From the NCBI RefSeq assembly GCF_003334305.1, contig NZ_QOWS01000004.1: DNA of 64,000 nt; one strand, given 5' to 3'. Positions within the stretch are counted from its first letter, which is position 1. Every line of letters starts with the position of its first letter. Of this stretch, positions 8,402 to 19,488 are shown one piece after another. A program made the position numbers and the translations under genes. The stretch is from Escherichia coli. Lineage in GTDB: Bacteria > Pseudomonadota > Gammaproteobacteria > Enterobacterales > Enterobacteriaceae. The notes beneath the pieces are model-generated. The model was not told the DNA's origin, did not search any database, and saw only the letters and a list, made by a program, of their open reading frames with translations.

Positions 8402-10963
8402 ATGAGTGCAATAGAAAATTTCGACGCCCATACGCCCATGATGCAGCAGTATCTCAGGCTGAAAGCCCAGCATCCCGAGATCCTGCTGTTTTACCGGATG
8501 GGTGATTTTTATGAACTGTTTTATGACGACGCAAAACGCGCGTCGCAACTGCTGGATATTTCACTGACCAAACGCGGTGCTTCGGCGGGAGAGCCGATCC
8601 CGATGGCGGGGATTCCCTACCATGCGGTGGAAAACTATCTCGCCAAACTGGTGAATCAGGGAGAGTCCGTTGCCATCTGCGAACAAATTGGCGATCCGGC
8701 GACCAGCAAAGGTCCGGTTGAGCGCAAAGTTGTGCGTATCGTTACGCCAGGCACCATCAGCGATGAAGCCCTGTTACAGGAGCGTCAGGACAACCTGCTG
8801 GCGGCTATCTGGCAGGACAGCAAAGGTTTCGGCTACGCGACGCTGGATATCAGCTCCGGGCGTTTTCGCCTGAGCGAACCGGCCGACCGCGAAACGATGG
8901 CGGCAGAGCTGCAACGCACTAATCCGGCGGAACTGCTGTATGCAGAAGATTTCGCCGAGATGTCGCTGATTGAAGGCCGTCGCGGCCTGCGCCGTCGCCC
9001 GCTGTGGGAGTTTGAAATCGACACCGCGCGCCAGCAGTTGAATCTGCAATTTGGCACCCGCGATCTGGTCGGTTTTGGCGTCGAGAACGCGCCGCGCGGA
9101 CTTTGTGCTGCCGGTTGTCTGTTGCAGTATGCGAAAGATACCCAACGCACGACCCTGCCGCATATTCGTTCTATCACCATGGAACGTGAGCAGGACAGCA
9201 TCATTATGGATGCCGCGACACGTCGTAACCTGGAAATTACTCAGAACCTGGCGGGCGGTGCGGAAAATACGCTGGCTTCTGTGCTCGACTGCACCGTCAC
9301 GCCGATGGGTAGTCGTATGCTGAAACGCTGGCTGCATATGCCAGTGCGCGATACCCGCGTGTTGCTTGAGCGCCAGCAAACTATTGGCGCATTGCAGGAT
9401 TTCACCGCCGAGTTGCAGCCGGTACTGCGTCAGGTCGGCGACCTGGAACGTATTCTGGCACGTCTGGCTTTACGAACTGCTCGCCCACGCGATCTGGCCC
9501 GTATGCGCCACGCTTTCCAGCAACTGCCGGAGCTGCGTGCGCAGTTAGAAACTGTCGATAGTGCACCGGTACAGGCGCTACGTGAGAAGATGGGCGAGTT
9601 TGCCGAGCTGCGCGATCTGCTGGAGCGAGCAATCATCGACACACCGCCGGTGCTGGTACGCGACGGTGGTGTTATCGCATCGGGCTATAACGAAGAGCTG
9701 GATGAGTGGCGCGCGCTGGCTGACGGCGCGACCGATTATCTGGAGCGTCTGGAAGTCCGCGAGCGTGAACGTACCGGCCTGGACACGCTGAAAGTTGGCT
9801 TTAATGCGGTGCACGGCTACTACATTCAAATCAGCCGTGGGCAAAGCCATCTGGCACCCATCAACTACATGCGTCGCCAGACGCTGAAAAACGCCGAGCG
9901 CTACATCATTCCAGAGCTAAAAGAGTACGAAGATAAAGTTCTCACCTCAAAAGGCAAAGCACTGGCACTGGAAAAACAGCTTTATGAAGAGCTGTTCGAC
10001 CTGCTGTTGCCGCATCTGGAAGCGTTGCAACAGAGCGCGAGCGCGCTGGCGGAACTCGACGTGCTGGTTAACCTGGCGGAACGGGCCTATACCCTGAACT
10101 ACACCTGCCCGACCTTCATTGATAAACCGGGCATTCGCATTACCGAAGGTCGCCATCCGGTAGTTGAACAAGTACTGAATGAGCCATTTATCGCTAACCC
10201 GCTGAATCTGTCGCCGCAGCGCCGTATGTTGATTATTACCGGCCCGAACATGGGCGGTAAAAGTACCTATATGCGCCAGACCGCACTGATTGCGCTGATG
10301 GCCTACATCGGCAGCTATGTACCGGCACAAAAAGTCGAGATTGGACCTATCGATCGCATCTTTACCCGCGTAGGCGCGGCAGATGACCTGGCTTCCGGGC
10401 GCTCAACCTTTATGGTGGAGATGACTGAAACCGCCAATATTTTACATAACGCCACCGAATACAGTCTGGTGTTAATGGATGAGATCGGGCGTGGAACGTC
10501 CACCTACGATGGTCTGTCGCTGGCGTGGGCGTGCGCAGAAAATCTGGCGAATAAGATTAAGGCATTGACGCTGTTTGCCACCCACTATTTCGAGCTGACC
10601 CAGCTACCGGAGAAAATGGAAGGCGTCGCCAACGTACATCTCGATGCGCTGGAGCACGGCGACACTATCGCCTTTATGCACAGCGTGCAGGACGGCGCGG
10701 CGAGCAAAAGCTACGGTCTGGCGGTTGCTGCTCTGGCGGGCGTACCGAAAGAGGTTATTAAGCGCGCACGGCAAAAACTGCGTGAGCTGGAAAGCATTTC
10801 GCCGAACGCCGCCGCTACGCAAGTGGATGGTACGCAAATGTCTTTGCTGTCCGTACCAGAAGAAACTTCGCCTGCGGTCGAGGCACTGGAAAACCTGGAC
10901 CCGGATTCACTGACTCCGCGTCAGGCGCTGGAGTGGATTTATCGCTTGAAGAGTCTGGTGTAA
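8402..10963 (+). CDS. mutS: DNA mismatch repair protein MutS
   Basis: 853 aa [40 protein letters not shown]... with Walker [10 protein letters not shown]. Confidence 0.98.
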   Translation: MSAIENFDAHTPMMQQYLRLKAQHPEILLFYRMGDFYELFYDDAKRASQLLDISLTKRGASAGEPIPMAGIPYHAVENYLAKLVNQGESVAICEQIGDPATSKGPVERKVVRIVTPGTISDEALLQERQDNLLAAIWQDSKGFGYATLDISSGRFRLSEPADRETMAAELQRTNPAELLYAEDFAEMSLIEGRRGLRRRPLWEFEIDTARQQLNLQFGTRDLVGFGVENAPRGLCAAGCLLQYAKDTQRTTLPHIRSITMEREQDSIIMDAATRRNLEITQNLAGGAENTLASVLDCTVTPMGSRMLKRWLHMPVRDTRVLLERQQTIGALQDFTAELQPVLRQVGDLERILARLALRTARPRDLARMRHAFQQLPELRAQLETVDSAPVQALREKMGEFAELRDLLERAIIDTPPVLVRDGGVIASGYNEELDEWRALADGATDYLERLEVRERERTGLDTLKVGFNAVHGYYIQISRGQSHLAPINYMRRQTLKNAERYIIPELKEYEDKVLTSKGKALALEKQLYEELFDLLLPHLEALQQSASALAELDVLVNLAERAYTLNYTCPTFIDKPGIRITEGRHPVVEQVLNEPFIANPLNLSPQRRMLIITGPNMGGKSTYMRQTALIALMAYIGSYVPAQKVEIGPIDRIFTRVGAADDLASGRSTFMVEMTETANILHNATEYSLVLMDEIGRGTSTYDGLSLAWACAENLANKIKALTLFATHYFELTQLPEKMEGVANVHLDALEHGDTIAFMHSVQDGAASKSYGLAVAALAGVPKEVIKRARQKLRELESISPNAAATQVDGTQMSLLSVPEETSPAVEALENLDPDSLTPRQALEWIYRLKSLV

Positions 10964-10968
10964 TAAAA

Positions 10969-10997
10969 ATTCCCGATAGTCTTTTGCTATCGGGAAT
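10969..10997 (+). terminator. mutS intrinsic terminator
   Basis: ATTCCCGATAG-tcttttg-CTATCGGGAAT, an 11-bp stem right after the stop codon. Confidence 0.6.
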
Positions 10998-11068
10998 ATT
11001 AACGACAACTGACGAATCAAATAAAAATACCCTGTATAATAGGAAAGCTTATTTTACAGGGTAAAACC

Positions 11069-11725
11069 ATGCCATCTACACGCTATCAAAAAATCAATGC
11101 CCATCACTATCGCCATATATGGGTCGTTGGTGATATTCATGGTGAATATCAGTTATTACAATCCCGCTTACATCAACTCTCTTTTTTCCCCGAAACCGAC
11201 TTACTTATTTCTGTCGGCGATAATATTGATCGTGGGCCGGAGAGTCTTGACGTCCTGCGCCTGCTAAACCAGCCCTGGTTTATCTCCGTTAAAGGCAACC
11301 ACGAAGCAATGGCGCTGGATGCGTTCGCGACCGGCGATGGCAATATGTGGCTTGCCAGCGGTGGTGACTGGTTTTTCGATTTAAATGATTCAGAGCAACA
11401 AGAGGCAATAGATCTGTTGCTGAAATTCCATCACCTTCCACATATTATTGAAATCACTAACGACAACATAAAATATGTCATCGCACATGCAGATTATCCG
11501 GGGAGTGAATATCTCTTTGGTAAAGAAATAGCGGAGAGCGAATTACTCTGGCCTGTTGATCGTGTGCAGAAATCGCTTAATGGCGAGTTACAACAAATAA
11601 ACGGCGCTGATTATTTTATATTTGGACATATGATGTTTGATAACATTCAGACGTTCGCTAACCAGATTTATATTGATACCGGCACGCCGAAAAGCGGGCG
11701 GCTGTCATTTTATAAAATAAAGTAG
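11069..11725 (+). CDS. pphB: Serine/threonine protein phosphatase 2 (PPP family, lambda-phosphatase-like)
   Basis: 218 aa with motifs GDIHG, GDNIDRG and GNHE. AT-rich codon usage. Follows mutS. Confidence 0.9.
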   Translation: MPSTRYQKINAHHYRHIWVVGDIHGEYQLLQSRLHQLSFFPETDLLISVGDNIDRGPESLDVLRLLNQPWFISVKGNHEAMALDAFATGDGNMWLASGGDWFFDLNDSEQQEAIDLLLKFHHLPHIIEITNDNIKYVIAHADYPGSEYLFGKEIAESELLWPVDRVQKSLNGELQQINGADYFIFGHMMFDNIQTFANQIYIDTGTPKSGRLSFYKIK

Positions 11726-11726
11726 T

Positions 11727-11752
11727 CTCATGCTTCTTCTGTGAAGCATGAG
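11727..11752. terminator. Hairpin between convergent pphB and ygbI
   Basis: CTCATGCTTC-ttctgt-GAAGCATGAG, a perfect 10-bp stem. Confidence 0.55.
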
Positions 11753-11775
11753 TAACCAAATGTTATTGCAGGCCA

Positions 11776-12573
11776 TTATTCATTTTTCGCAACCAGCAAA
11801 GAGAGATCCTGCTTCGCCAGCGCGCGACTGGCACTCTCCGGCAAACCGTCGTCTGTGATAATCTGATCAAACTCGCTTAATGGTAACGCCAGCCATGTCG
11901 CCACCTGACCATATTTCGTCGCATCACAGACCAAAACTCGCTGGCGGCTGGCACTGGCAATCGCCCGTTTCACCGTGACTTTATCTTCCGCTGGCGTAGA
12001 AATCCCCCGCACACTCCATGACGATGCAGAAATAAAAGCCTGATCAATCATCAGGCTGCGCAGCATGGTCGCAGCGGCTTCCCCGACACAGGAACGGTTT
12101 TCCCGACACACTGCACCGCCAGTGTGAATAATTGTGCAATTACTGTTGTCGAGCAAGTAGTTCGCAATAACGAAATCGTTTGTGACCACAGTCAGTGACT
12201 CCATGTGAATCAGATGCTGTGCTATCGCTAACGTGGTCGTTCCCGCATCCAGATAGATACAACTTCCCGGCTGAACAAGACTTGCCGCCAGCTTGCCAAT
12301 AGCCGCTTTTTGCGTCATTGCCAGCGCAGTTTTTACCTGATGAGAAGGTTCATGCGCCACGCGTCCCGGAGACTGGACGCCTCCGGACACCAGCACAACG
12401 GCTCCCTGCTGCTCCAGTTTTTGTAAATCCCGACGAATGGTCATATGTGACACATTCATTCTGTCCGTTAGTTCAGCAATACTGACAATGCCTTTTTCAG
12501 CTACCATCTCAAGGATGATTTGGCGACGCTCTACGGGTATCAACTTTTGCTCCTTCCTTTGTCCTGCTGACAT
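11776..12573 (-). CDS. ygbI: DeoR-family transcriptional repressor of the ygbJKLMN (tetronate) cluster
   Basis: N-terminal HTH (IVSIAELTDRMNVSHMTIRRDLQKLE) plus a DeoR C-terminal sugar-phosphate domain. Start uncertain: ATG at 12573, or the TTG 30 nt downstream. Confidence 0.88.
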   Translation of the reverse strand: MSAGQRKEQKLIPVERRQIILEMVAEKGIVSIAELTDRMNVSHMTIRRDLQKLEQQGAVVLVSGGVQSPGRVAHEPSHQVKTALAMTQKAAIGKLAASLVQPGSCIYLDAGTTTLAIAQHLIHMESLTVVTNDFVIANYLLDNSNCTIIHTGGAVCRENRSCVGEAAATMLRSLMIDQAFISASSWSVRGISTPAEDKVTVKRAIASASRQRVLVCDATKYGQVATWLALPLSEFDQIITDDGLPESASRALAKQDLSLLVAKNE

Positions 12574-12620
12574 TCTACGCTATTTGCCTGCGAAACGTGC
12601 GCGGCGCAACTAACGCTTAG

Positions 12621-12657
12621 TTCACATAAAATAACACACAATGTTAATTTATGTGAA
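12621..12657. promoter_or_regulatory. Inverted repeat in the ygbI/ygbJ divergent promoter region (candidate YgbI operator)
   Basis: TTCACATAAA-N17-TTTATGTGAA, with a third half-site-like ATTCACAAT at 12692-12700. Confidence 0.35.
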
Positions 12658-12738
12658 TCAGCTCACCATATCGTTATCTTCCAGCGCTTATATTCACAAT
12701 ATCAAACAAAATATCACTTAAATTAACAAGGAGAGCAG

Positions 12739-13647
12739 ATGAAAACGGGATCTGAGTTTCATGTCGGTATCGTTGGCTTAGGGTCAATGGGAATGGGAGC
12801 AGCACTGTCATGTGTCCGCGCAGGTCTTTCTACCTGGGGCGCAGACCTGAACAGCAATGCCTGCGCTACGTTGAAAGAGGCAGGTGCTTGCGGGGTTTCT
12901 GATAACGCCGCGACGTTTGCCGAAAAACTGGACGCTCTGCTGGTGCTGGTGGTCAATGCGGCCCAGGTTAAACAGGTGCTGTTTGGTGAAACAGGCGTTG
13001 CACAACATCTGAAACCCGGTACGGCAGTAATGGTTTCTTCCACTATCGCTAGTGCTGATGCGCAAGAAATTGCTACCGCTCTGGCTGGATTCGATCTGGA
13101 AATGCTGGATGCGCCAGTTTCTGGTGGTGCAGTAAAAGCCGCTAACGGTGAAATGACTGTCATGGCCTCCGGTAGCGATATTGCCTTTGAACGACTGGCA
13201 CCCGTGCTGGAAGCCGTTGCCGGAAAAGTTTATCGCATAGGTGCAGAACCGGGACTAGGTTCGACCGTAAAAATTATTCACCAGTTGTTAGCGGGCGTAC
13301 ATATTGCTGCCGGAGCCGAAGCGATGGCACTTGCAGCCCGTGCGGGGATCCCGCTGGATGTGATGTATGACGTCGTGACCAATGCCGCCGGAAATTCCTG
13401 GATGTTCGAAAACCGGATGCGTCATGTGGTGGATGGCGATTACACCCCGCATTCAGCCGTCGATATTTTTGTTAAGGATCTTGGTCTGGTTGCCGATACA
13501 GCCAAAGCCCTGCACTTCCCGCTGCCATTGGCCTCAACAGCATTGAATATGTTCACCAGCGCCAGTAACGCAGGTTACGGGAAAGAAGACGATAGCGCAG
13601 TTATCAAGATTTTCTCTGGCATCACTCTACCGGGAGCGAAATCATGA
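12739..13647 (+). CDS. ygbJ: NAD-dependent beta-hydroxyacid dehydrogenase; L-threonate dehydrogenase (LtnD)
   Basis: 302 aa with Rossmann motif GIVGLGSMGMG and the 3-hydroxyisobutyrate dehydrogenase family. ygb synteny. Confidence 0.88.
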   Translation: MKTGSEFHVGIVGLGSMGMGAALSCVRAGLSTWGADLNSNACATLKEAGACGVSDNAATFAEKLDALLVLVVNAAQVKQVLFGETGVAQHLKPGTAVMVSSTIASADAQEIATALAGFDLEMLDAPVSGGAVKAANGEMTVMASGSDIAFERLAPVLEAVAGKVYRIGAEPGLGSTVKIIHQLLAGVHIAAGAEAMALAARAGIPLDVMYDVVTNAAGNSWMFENRMRHVVDGDYTPHSAVDIFVKDLGLVADTAKALHFPLPLASTALNMFTSASNAGYGKEDDSAVIKIFSGITLPGAKS

Positions 13648-14906
13648 TCAAGATTGGCGTTATCGCCGATGATTTTACCGGCGCGACGGATATCGCCAGT
13701 TTTCTGGTGGAAAACGGTCTACCAACGGTACAAATTAACGGTGTTCCAACAGGTAAAATGCCGGAAGCAATCGACGCACTGGTGATCAGCCTGAAAACGC
13801 GCTCCTGTCCGGTGGTTGAAGCCACACAGCAATCGCTGGCGGCTCTGAGCTGGTTGCAACAGCAAGGTTGCAAACAGATCTATTTCAAATACTGCTCTAC
13901 TTTCGACAGTACGGCGAAAGGTAATATCGGCCCGGTTACCGATGCATTAATGGATGCTCTCGACACGCCGTTTACGGTCTTCTCTCCGGCCCTGCCGGTC
14001 AACGGACGTACGGTTTATCAGGGGTATTTGTTCGTAATGAATCAACTGCTGGCCGAATCCGGGATGCGCCATCACCCGGTAAATCCCATGACCGACAGCT
14101 ATCTTCCCCGTCTGGTTGAAGCGCAATCCACAGGGCGCTGCGGCGTCGTTTCGGCACATGTTTTCGAACAAGGTGTGGATGCCGTTCGTCAAGAGCTGGC
14201 TCGCTTACAGCAAGAGGGCTACCGCTACGCGGTGCTTGATGCGCTGACCGAACACCATCTGGAAATTCAGGGAGAAGCCTTGCGCGATGCCCCACTGGTA
14301 ACGGGTGGTTCTGGTCTGGCGATTGGCCTGGCCCGGCAGTGGGCGCAAGAAAACGGTAACCAGGCTCGCGAAGCAGGGCGTCCGCTCGCTGGGCGCGGCG
14401 TAGTGCTCTCCGGTTCATGCTCTCAAATGACCAACCGCCAGGTGGCACATTACCGTCAAATTGCACCAGCCCGTGAAGTTGATGTGGCACGCTGCCTCTC
14501 AACCGAAACTCTGGCCGCTTATGCACACGAACTGGCAGAGTGGGTTCTGGGCCAGGAAAGTGTACTTGCTCCACTGGTTTTTGCCACCGCCAGCACTGAC
14601 GCATTGGCAGCAATTCAACAGCAATACGGTGCACAAAAAGCCAGTCAGGCAGTAGAAACTCTATTTTCTAAACTAGCGGCGCGGTTAGCAGCGGAAGGCG
14701 TGACACGCTTTATTGTCGCAGGCGGTGAGACCTCCGGCGTAGTCACACAGAGCCTGGGCATAAAAGGGTTTCATATTGGCCCAACCATTTCTCCCGGCGT
14801 GCCGTGGGTAAACGCACTGGATAAGCCTGTCTCACTCGCCCTTAAATCTGGCAACTTCGGTGATGAAGCCTTTTTTTCACGAGCCCAAAGAGAGTTTTTA
14901 TCATGA
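13644..14906 (+). CDS. ygbK: Four-carbon acid sugar kinase; 3-oxo-tetronate kinase (OtnK)
   Basis: 420 aa of the DUF1537-type kinase family (MIKIGVIADDFTGATD). 4-nt overlap with ygbJ. Confidence 0.85.
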   Translation: MIKIGVIADDFTGATDIASFLVENGLPTVQINGVPTGKMPEAIDALVISLKTRSCPVVEATQQSLAALSWLQQQGCKQIYFKYCSTFDSTAKGNIGPVTDALMDALDTPFTVFSPALPVNGRTVYQGYLFVMNQLLAESGMRHHPVNPMTDSYLPRLVEAQSTGRCGVVSAHVFEQGVDAVRQELARLQQEGYRYAVLDALTEHHLEIQGEALRDAPLVTGGSGLAIGLARQWAQENGNQAREAGRPLAGRGVVLSGSCSQMTNRQVAHYRQIAPAREVDVARCLSTETLAAYAHELAEWVLGQESVLAPLVFATASTDALAAIQQQYGAQKASQAVETLFSKLAARLAAEGVTRFIVAGGETSGVVTQSLGIKGFHIGPTISPGVPWVNALDKPVSLALKSGNFGDEAFFSRAQREFLS

Positions 14907-15541
14907 GCGATTTCGCAAAAGTAGAGCAGTCTTTGCGAGAGGAGATGACGCGGATTGCCAGTTCATTCTTTCAGCGCGGCTATGCAACCGGTTCGGCTGG
15001 CAATCTGTCGCTGCTTTTACCTGACGGGAATTTACTGGCGACACCGACAGGTTCATGCCTGGGCAATCTCGATCCGCAGCGGCTTTCCAAAGTCGCCGCG
15101 GATGGCGAATGGTTAAGTGGTGACAAACCCTCAAAAGAGGTGCTCTTTCATCTGGCGCTGTATCGCAACAATCCGCGCTGTAAAGCGGTGGTGCATTTGC
15201 ACAGCACATGGTCGACGGCGCTTTCCTGCCTGCAAGGGCTGGACAGCAGCAACGTTATTCGTCCGTTCACACCATACGTGGTGATGCGGATGGGAAATGT
15301 CCCGCTGGTGCCTTATTACCGACCGGGCGATAAACGCATCGCACAGGATCTGGCGGAACTGGCAGCAGACAATCAGGCTTTTTTACTGGCAAATCATGGC
15401 CCAGTGGTTTGCGGTGAAAGCCTGCAAGAAGCCGCCAACAATATGGAAGAGCTGGAGGAAACGGCAAAGCTGATTTTTATTCTCGGTGACCGCCCGATCC
15501 GTTATCTGACCGCAGGTGAAATTGCGGAATTAAGGAGTTAA
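14903..15541 (+). CDS. ygbL: Class II aldolase/adducin-family decarboxylase; 3-oxo-tetronate 4-phosphate decarboxylase (OtnC)
   Basis: 212 aa of the class II aldolase fold (HLHS, ANHG motifs). 4-nt overlap with ygbK. Confidence 0.85.
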   Translation: MSDFAKVEQSLREEMTRIASSFFQRGYATGSAGNLSLLLPDGNLLATPTGSCLGNLDPQRLSKVAADGEWLSGDKPSKEVLFHLALYRNNPRCKAVVHLHSTWSTALSCLQGLDSSNVIRPFTPYVVMRMGNVPLVPYYRPGDKRIAQDLAELAADNQAFLLANHGPVVCGESLQEAANNMEELEETAKLIFILGDRPIRYLTAGEIAELRS

Positions 15542-15545
15542 TGCA

Positions 15546-16322
15546 ATGCCTCGTTTTGCAGCTAATTTATCCATGATGTTCACCGAAGTGCCTTTTATTG
15601 AACGCTTCGCCGCAGCGCGAAAAGCCGGGTTCGATGCTGTGGAATTTCTGTTTCCCTATGACTACTCCACCCTGCAAATCCAAAAGCAACTGGAGCAAAA
15701 CCATCTGACACTGGCGCTGTTCAATACCGCTCCCGGAGATATTAATGCGGGGGAATGGGGATTATCCGCCCTTCCCGGACGTGAGCACGAAGCACACGCA
15801 GACATCGACCTGGCACTGGAATATGCATTGGCGCTCAATTGTGAACAAGTCCATGTGATGGCAGGCGTCGTGCCCGCTGGCGAAGACGCTGAACGGTACC
15901 GGGCAGTATTTATCGATAATCTCCGCTACGCTGCCGACCGCTTTGCGCTACACGGCAAGCGAATATTAGTTGAAGCACTCAGCCCCGACGTTAAGCCTCA
16001 TTATCTCTTCTCCAGCCAGTATCAGGCACTGGCTATTGTTGAAGAGGTTGCGCGAGATAACGTGTTTATTCAACTAGATACTTTTCATGCGCAAAAAGTA
16101 GATGGCAACCTGACGCATTTAATCCGCGACTACGCTGGGAAATATGCGCACGTACAAATTGCCGGACTACCTGATCGACATGAACCGGACGATGGAGAAA
16201 TCAACTATCCGTGGCTGTTCCGCCTGTTCGATGAGGTGGGATATCAGGGCTGGATCGGTTGTGAATATAAACCTCGTGGCCTCACCGAAGAAGGGCTTGG
16301 CTGGTTTGACGCCTGGCGCTAA
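15546..16322 (+). CDS. ygbM: Hydroxypyruvate-isomerase-like TIM barrel; 2-oxo-tetronate isomerase (OtnI)
   Basis: 258 aa [21 protein letters not shown], the typical Hyi family N-terminus. Confidence 0.85.
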   Translation: MPRFAANLSMMFTEVPFIERFAAARKAGFDAVEFLFPYDYSTLQIQKQLEQNHLTLALFNTAPGDINAGEWGLSALPGREHEAHADIDLALEYALALNCEQVHVMAGVVPAGEDAERYRAVFIDNLRYAADRFALHGKRILVEALSPDVKPHYLFSSQYQALAIVEEVARDNVFIQLDTFHAQKVDGNLTHLIRDYAGKYAHVQIAGLPDRHEPDDGEINYPWLFRLFDEVGYQGWIGCEYKPRGLTEEGLGWFDAWR

Positions 16323-16410
16323 TTCGTTAAATCCCTAATTACAACGTACCCATACATCCCCCCATCTACGGATGGGGTAGGTTAACTATAACTTTCAGAC
16401 AGGGTTTCCC

Positions 16411-17775
16411 ATGTCCACAATTACATTGTTATGCATTGCGTTAGCTGGCGTAATCATGCTGTTGCTGCTGGTCATCAAGGCAAAGGTACAACCATTCGTT
16501 GCTCTGCTCCTCGTCAGCCTGTTAGTCGCACTTGCGGCGGGTATACCGGCGGGCGAAGTGGGTAAAGTGATGATCGCCGGGATGGGCGGTGTGCTTGGTT
16601 CCGTCACTATTATTATTGGTCTGGGCGCTATGCTGGGGCGTATGATCGAACACTCTGGTGGTGCAGAGTCACTGGCTAATTATTTCAGTCGCAAGTTAGG
16701 TGACAAACGAACTATCGCTGCGCTGACTCTGGCAGCGTTCTTCCTCGGTATTCCCGTCTTCTTTGATGTCGGCTTTATTATTCTTGCGCCAATCATTTAC
16801 GGTTTTGCCAAGGTTGCCAAAATATCGCCACTCAAATTTGGCCTGCCTGTCGCTGGAATCATGCTAACTGTTCATGTGGCGGTACCGCCGCATCCAGGCC
16901 CTGTCGCCGCAGCGGGGTTACTCCACGCAGACATCGGCTGGCTAACCATCATCGGTATTGCGATTTCTATTCCCGTAGGGATTGTTGGCTACTTTGCAGC
17001 GAAAATAATCAATACGCGCCAATATGCGATGTCGGTGGAAGTACTGGAACAGATGCAACTGGCTCCGGCCAGTGAGGAAGGCGCAACAAAATTAAGCGAT
17101 AAAATAAATCCACCGGGCGTCGCGCTGGTCACCTCGCTAATTGTTATTCCTATCGCGATTATCATGGCGGGTACGGTTTCCGCAACACTGATGCCGCCTT
17201 CGCATCCCCTGCTTGGTACGCTACAGCTGATCGGCTCACCAATGGTAGCTCTAATGATTGCGCTGGTGCTGGCATTCTGGTTATTGGCTTTACGTCGCGG
17301 CTGGAGCTTACAACACACCAGCGACATTATGGGCTCAGCCCTTCCCACTGCGGCGGTAGTGATTTTGGTTACTGGTGCTGGAGGGGTATTTGGCAAAGTG
17401 CTGGTGGAATCGGGCGTCGGCAAAGCCCTTGCCAATATGCTACAAATGATTGACCTGCCTCTGTTACCAGCCGCATTTATTATTTCACTGGCTCTGCGTG
17501 CATCGCAGGGGTCAGCAACCGTAGCAATCCTGACAACCGGCGGGTTACTCTCAGAAGCGGTGATGGGATTGAATCCGATTCAGTGCGTATTGGTGACGCT
17601 GGCAGCCTGCTTTGGTGGGCTTGGCGCGTCACATATTAATGACTCAGGGTTCTGGATTGTGACCAAATATCTGGGGTTGTCGGTAGCAGACGGTCTGAAA
17701 ACCTGGACAGTGTTAACGACCATTCTCGGTTTTACCGGATTCTTAATTACCTGGTGCGTATGGGCGGTAATTTGA
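16411..17775 (+). CDS. ygbN: GntP-family anion:H+ symporter
   Basis: 454 aa, polytopic and GntP-like. Last gene of the ygb cluster. Confidence 0.88.
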   Translation: MSTITLLCIALAGVIMLLLLVIKAKVQPFVALLLVSLLVALAAGIPAGEVGKVMIAGMGGVLGSVTIIIGLGAMLGRMIEHSGGAESLANYFSRKLGDKRTIAALTLAAFFLGIPVFFDVGFIILAPIIYGFAKVAKISPLKFGLPVAGIMLTVHVAVPPHPGPVAAAGLLHADIGWLTIIGIAISIPVGIVGYFAAKIINTRQYAMSVEVLEQMQLAPASEEGATKLSDKINPPGVALVTSLIVIPIAIIMAGTVSATLMPPSHPLLGTLQLIGSPMVALMIALVLAFWLLALRRGWSLQHTSDIMGSALPTAAVVILVTGAGGVFGKVLVESGVGKALANMLQMIDLPLLPAAFIISLALRASQGSATVAILTTGGLLSEAVMGLNPIQCVLVTLAACFGGLGASHINDSGFWIVTKYLGLSVADGLKTWTVLTTILGFTGFLITWCVWAVI

Positions 17776-17783
17776 CCTTAATA

Positions 17784-17812
17784 AAAAGGTCCGATGGGCA
17801 TCGGACCTTTTA
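17784..17812. terminator. Bidirectional intrinsic terminator between ygbN and the ecd cluster
   Basis: AAAAGGTCCGATG-gg-CATCGGACCTTTT, with an A-tract 5' and a T-tract 3'. Confidence 0.7.
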
Positions 17813-17813
17813 T

Positions 17814-18050
17814 TTAACGCTTACCTTCCACCAGCAGCGGCGGGATGCTCGGCACCATTGGCGCGTCATCAATATCTTTCTGCGTCATGCGGAACGCTTC
17901 GGGATAATGTTCGCGGCTGGTACGGCGCAGCGGTTCGGTATCGCGCCAGGTATAAAGGCAATGCTGGCACTGATATACCGTCCAGACATCTTTCACCGGC
18001 GATTTCGCCATCACTTCAATCTGTTCATCGGCACAACGTGGACAAATCAT
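17814..18050 (-). CDS. ecdD: Small zinc-ribbon subunit D of the phenolic acid (4-hydroxybenzoate/vanillate type) decarboxylase
   Basis: 78 aa with MICPRC...CQHC (two CxxC pairs). Immediately downstream of UbiD-like and UbiX-like genes, as in bsdBCD/yclBCD/ecdBCD clusters. Confidence 0.8.
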   Translation of the reverse strand: MICPRCADEQIEVMAKSPVKDVWTVYQCQHCLYTWRDTEPLRRTSREHYPEAFRMTQKDIDDAPMVPSIPPLLVEGKR

Positions 18051-18060
18051 CTTCTTCTCC

Positions 18061-19488
18061 TTATTTACGTGCAGCCAGCATAGCGGTCAGTTTTTCAGCC
18101 CAGGCTTTGGTTTCCGGTAAATCCACCACCGGTTGGCTGTAGTGACCACGGTTGTCCGGGGCGACAGGCGTAGTGGCGTCGATAATCAGCTTGTCGGTGA
18201 TCCCCGCAGGGCTTGAGCCTGGATCGAGTTCCAGCACGGACATATTCGGCAACTGCACCAAATCCCCTGCCGGGTTCACTTTCGAGGAGAGCGCCCACAT
18301 CACCTGCGGCAGGTTGAACGGGTCAACGTCTTCATCGACCATAATCACCATCTTCACGTAGCCCAGACCATGCGGCGTGGTCATTGCGCGCAGGCCCACC
18401 GCGCGGGCAAAGCCGCCGTAGCGTTTTTTGGTGGAGATAATCGCCAGCAGGCCATGGGTGTACATGGCGTTTACCGCCTGCACTTCAGGGAACTCGGCTT
18501 TCAGCTGCTGATACAGCGGCACGCAGGTGGCTGGCCCCATCAGGTAGTCGATTTCGGTCCACGGCATACCGAGGTACAGCGATTCGAAAATCGGCCTGGT
18601 GCGGTAAGAGACTTTATCGATGCGCACCACGGTCATGTTACGCCCGCCGGAGTAGTGCCCGGTAAACTCACCGAACGGCCCTTCGATTTCGCGTTTACGG
18701 CTTTCGATAACCCCTTCGAGGATCACTTCTGAACCCCACGGCACATCAAAACCGGTCAGCGGGGCGGTGGCGATCGGGTACGGGCTTTCACGCAGCGCGC
18801 CTGCCATTTCATACTCAGACTGATCGTATTTCAGCGGCGTGGCCCCCATCAGCGTGATGATCGGATCGTTACCGAGCGTGATCGCAATCGGCAGATCTTC
18901 ACCGCGCTCTTCTGCTTTATGCAGATGCAGGGCGATATCGTGCATCGGCACCGGTTGCAGGCCGAGCTTACGCTTGCCCTTCACTTCCATGCGGTAGATG
19001 CCGACGTTCTGCTTGCCGAAGTTATCTGGGTCGAGCGGATCGCGGGAAACCACGCAGGCTTTGTCGAGATAGAAACCGCCATCGCCATCGTTTAAACGAA
19101 ACAGCGGCAGGATATCGAACAGGTTAATCTCTTCGCCATCGACGGTGTTCTGCGCCCAGGCTGGATTGGCGCGGCGCTCCGGGGCAATCGGGAAGTTATC
19201 CCAGCGGCGGATAAACTCATCAATCTGCTTTTTGACCGGGGTGTTTGGTGGCAGGCCAAGGGAAATCGCGTGGTTCTGCCAGGAACCGATGGTATTCATC
19301 GTCACGCGGGCATCGGTAAAGCCGCGAATATTATCAAACCACAGCGCGGGCGCGCCGTCGCCGATACGCCCGGTGGCGTTAGCTGCTGCTGCCAGATCCG
19401 GCTCAGCGTTCACCTCTTCGCTGATTTTCAGTAACTGGCCGTGGTCATCAAGCGCCTGTAAAAAGCTGCGTAAATCATCAAATGCCAT
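18061..19488 (-). CDS. ecdC: UbiD-family prFMN-dependent aromatic acid decarboxylase, subunit C
   Basis: 475 aa MAFDDLRSFLQALDDHGQLLKISEEV..., the typical UbiD N-terminus. Start overlaps the ecdB stop. Confidence 0.88.
   Translation of the reverse strand: MAFDDLRSFLQALDDHGQLLKISEEVNAEPDLAAAANATGRIGDGAPALWFDNIRGFTDARVTMNTIGSWQNHAISLGLPPNTPVKKQIDEFIRRWDNFPIAPERRANPAWAQNTVDGEEINLFDILPLFRLNDGDGGFYLDKACVVSRDPLDPDNFGKQNVGIYRMEVKGKRKLGLQPVPMHDIALHLHKAEERGEDLPIAITLGNDPIITLMGATPLKYDQSEYEMAGALRESPYPIATAPLTGFDVPWGSEVILEGVIESRKREIEGPFGEFTGHYSGGRNMTVVRIDKVSYRTRPIFESLYLGMPWTEIDYLMGPATCVPLYQQLKAEFPEVQAVNAMYTHGLLAIISTKKRYGGFARAVGLRAMTTPHGLGYVKMVIMVDEDVDPFNLPQVMWALSSKVNPAGDLVQLPNMSVLELDPGSSPAGITDKLIIDATTPVAPDNRGHYSQPVVDLPETKAWAEKLTAMLAARK

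Noticed and set aside
8136-8405. 89-aa ORF in the ygbA-mutS spacer.
   Set aside because: It starts inside the putative NsrR operator and ygbA promoter, has no RBS, runs into the mutS start, and has unremarkable composition. It is likely spurious.
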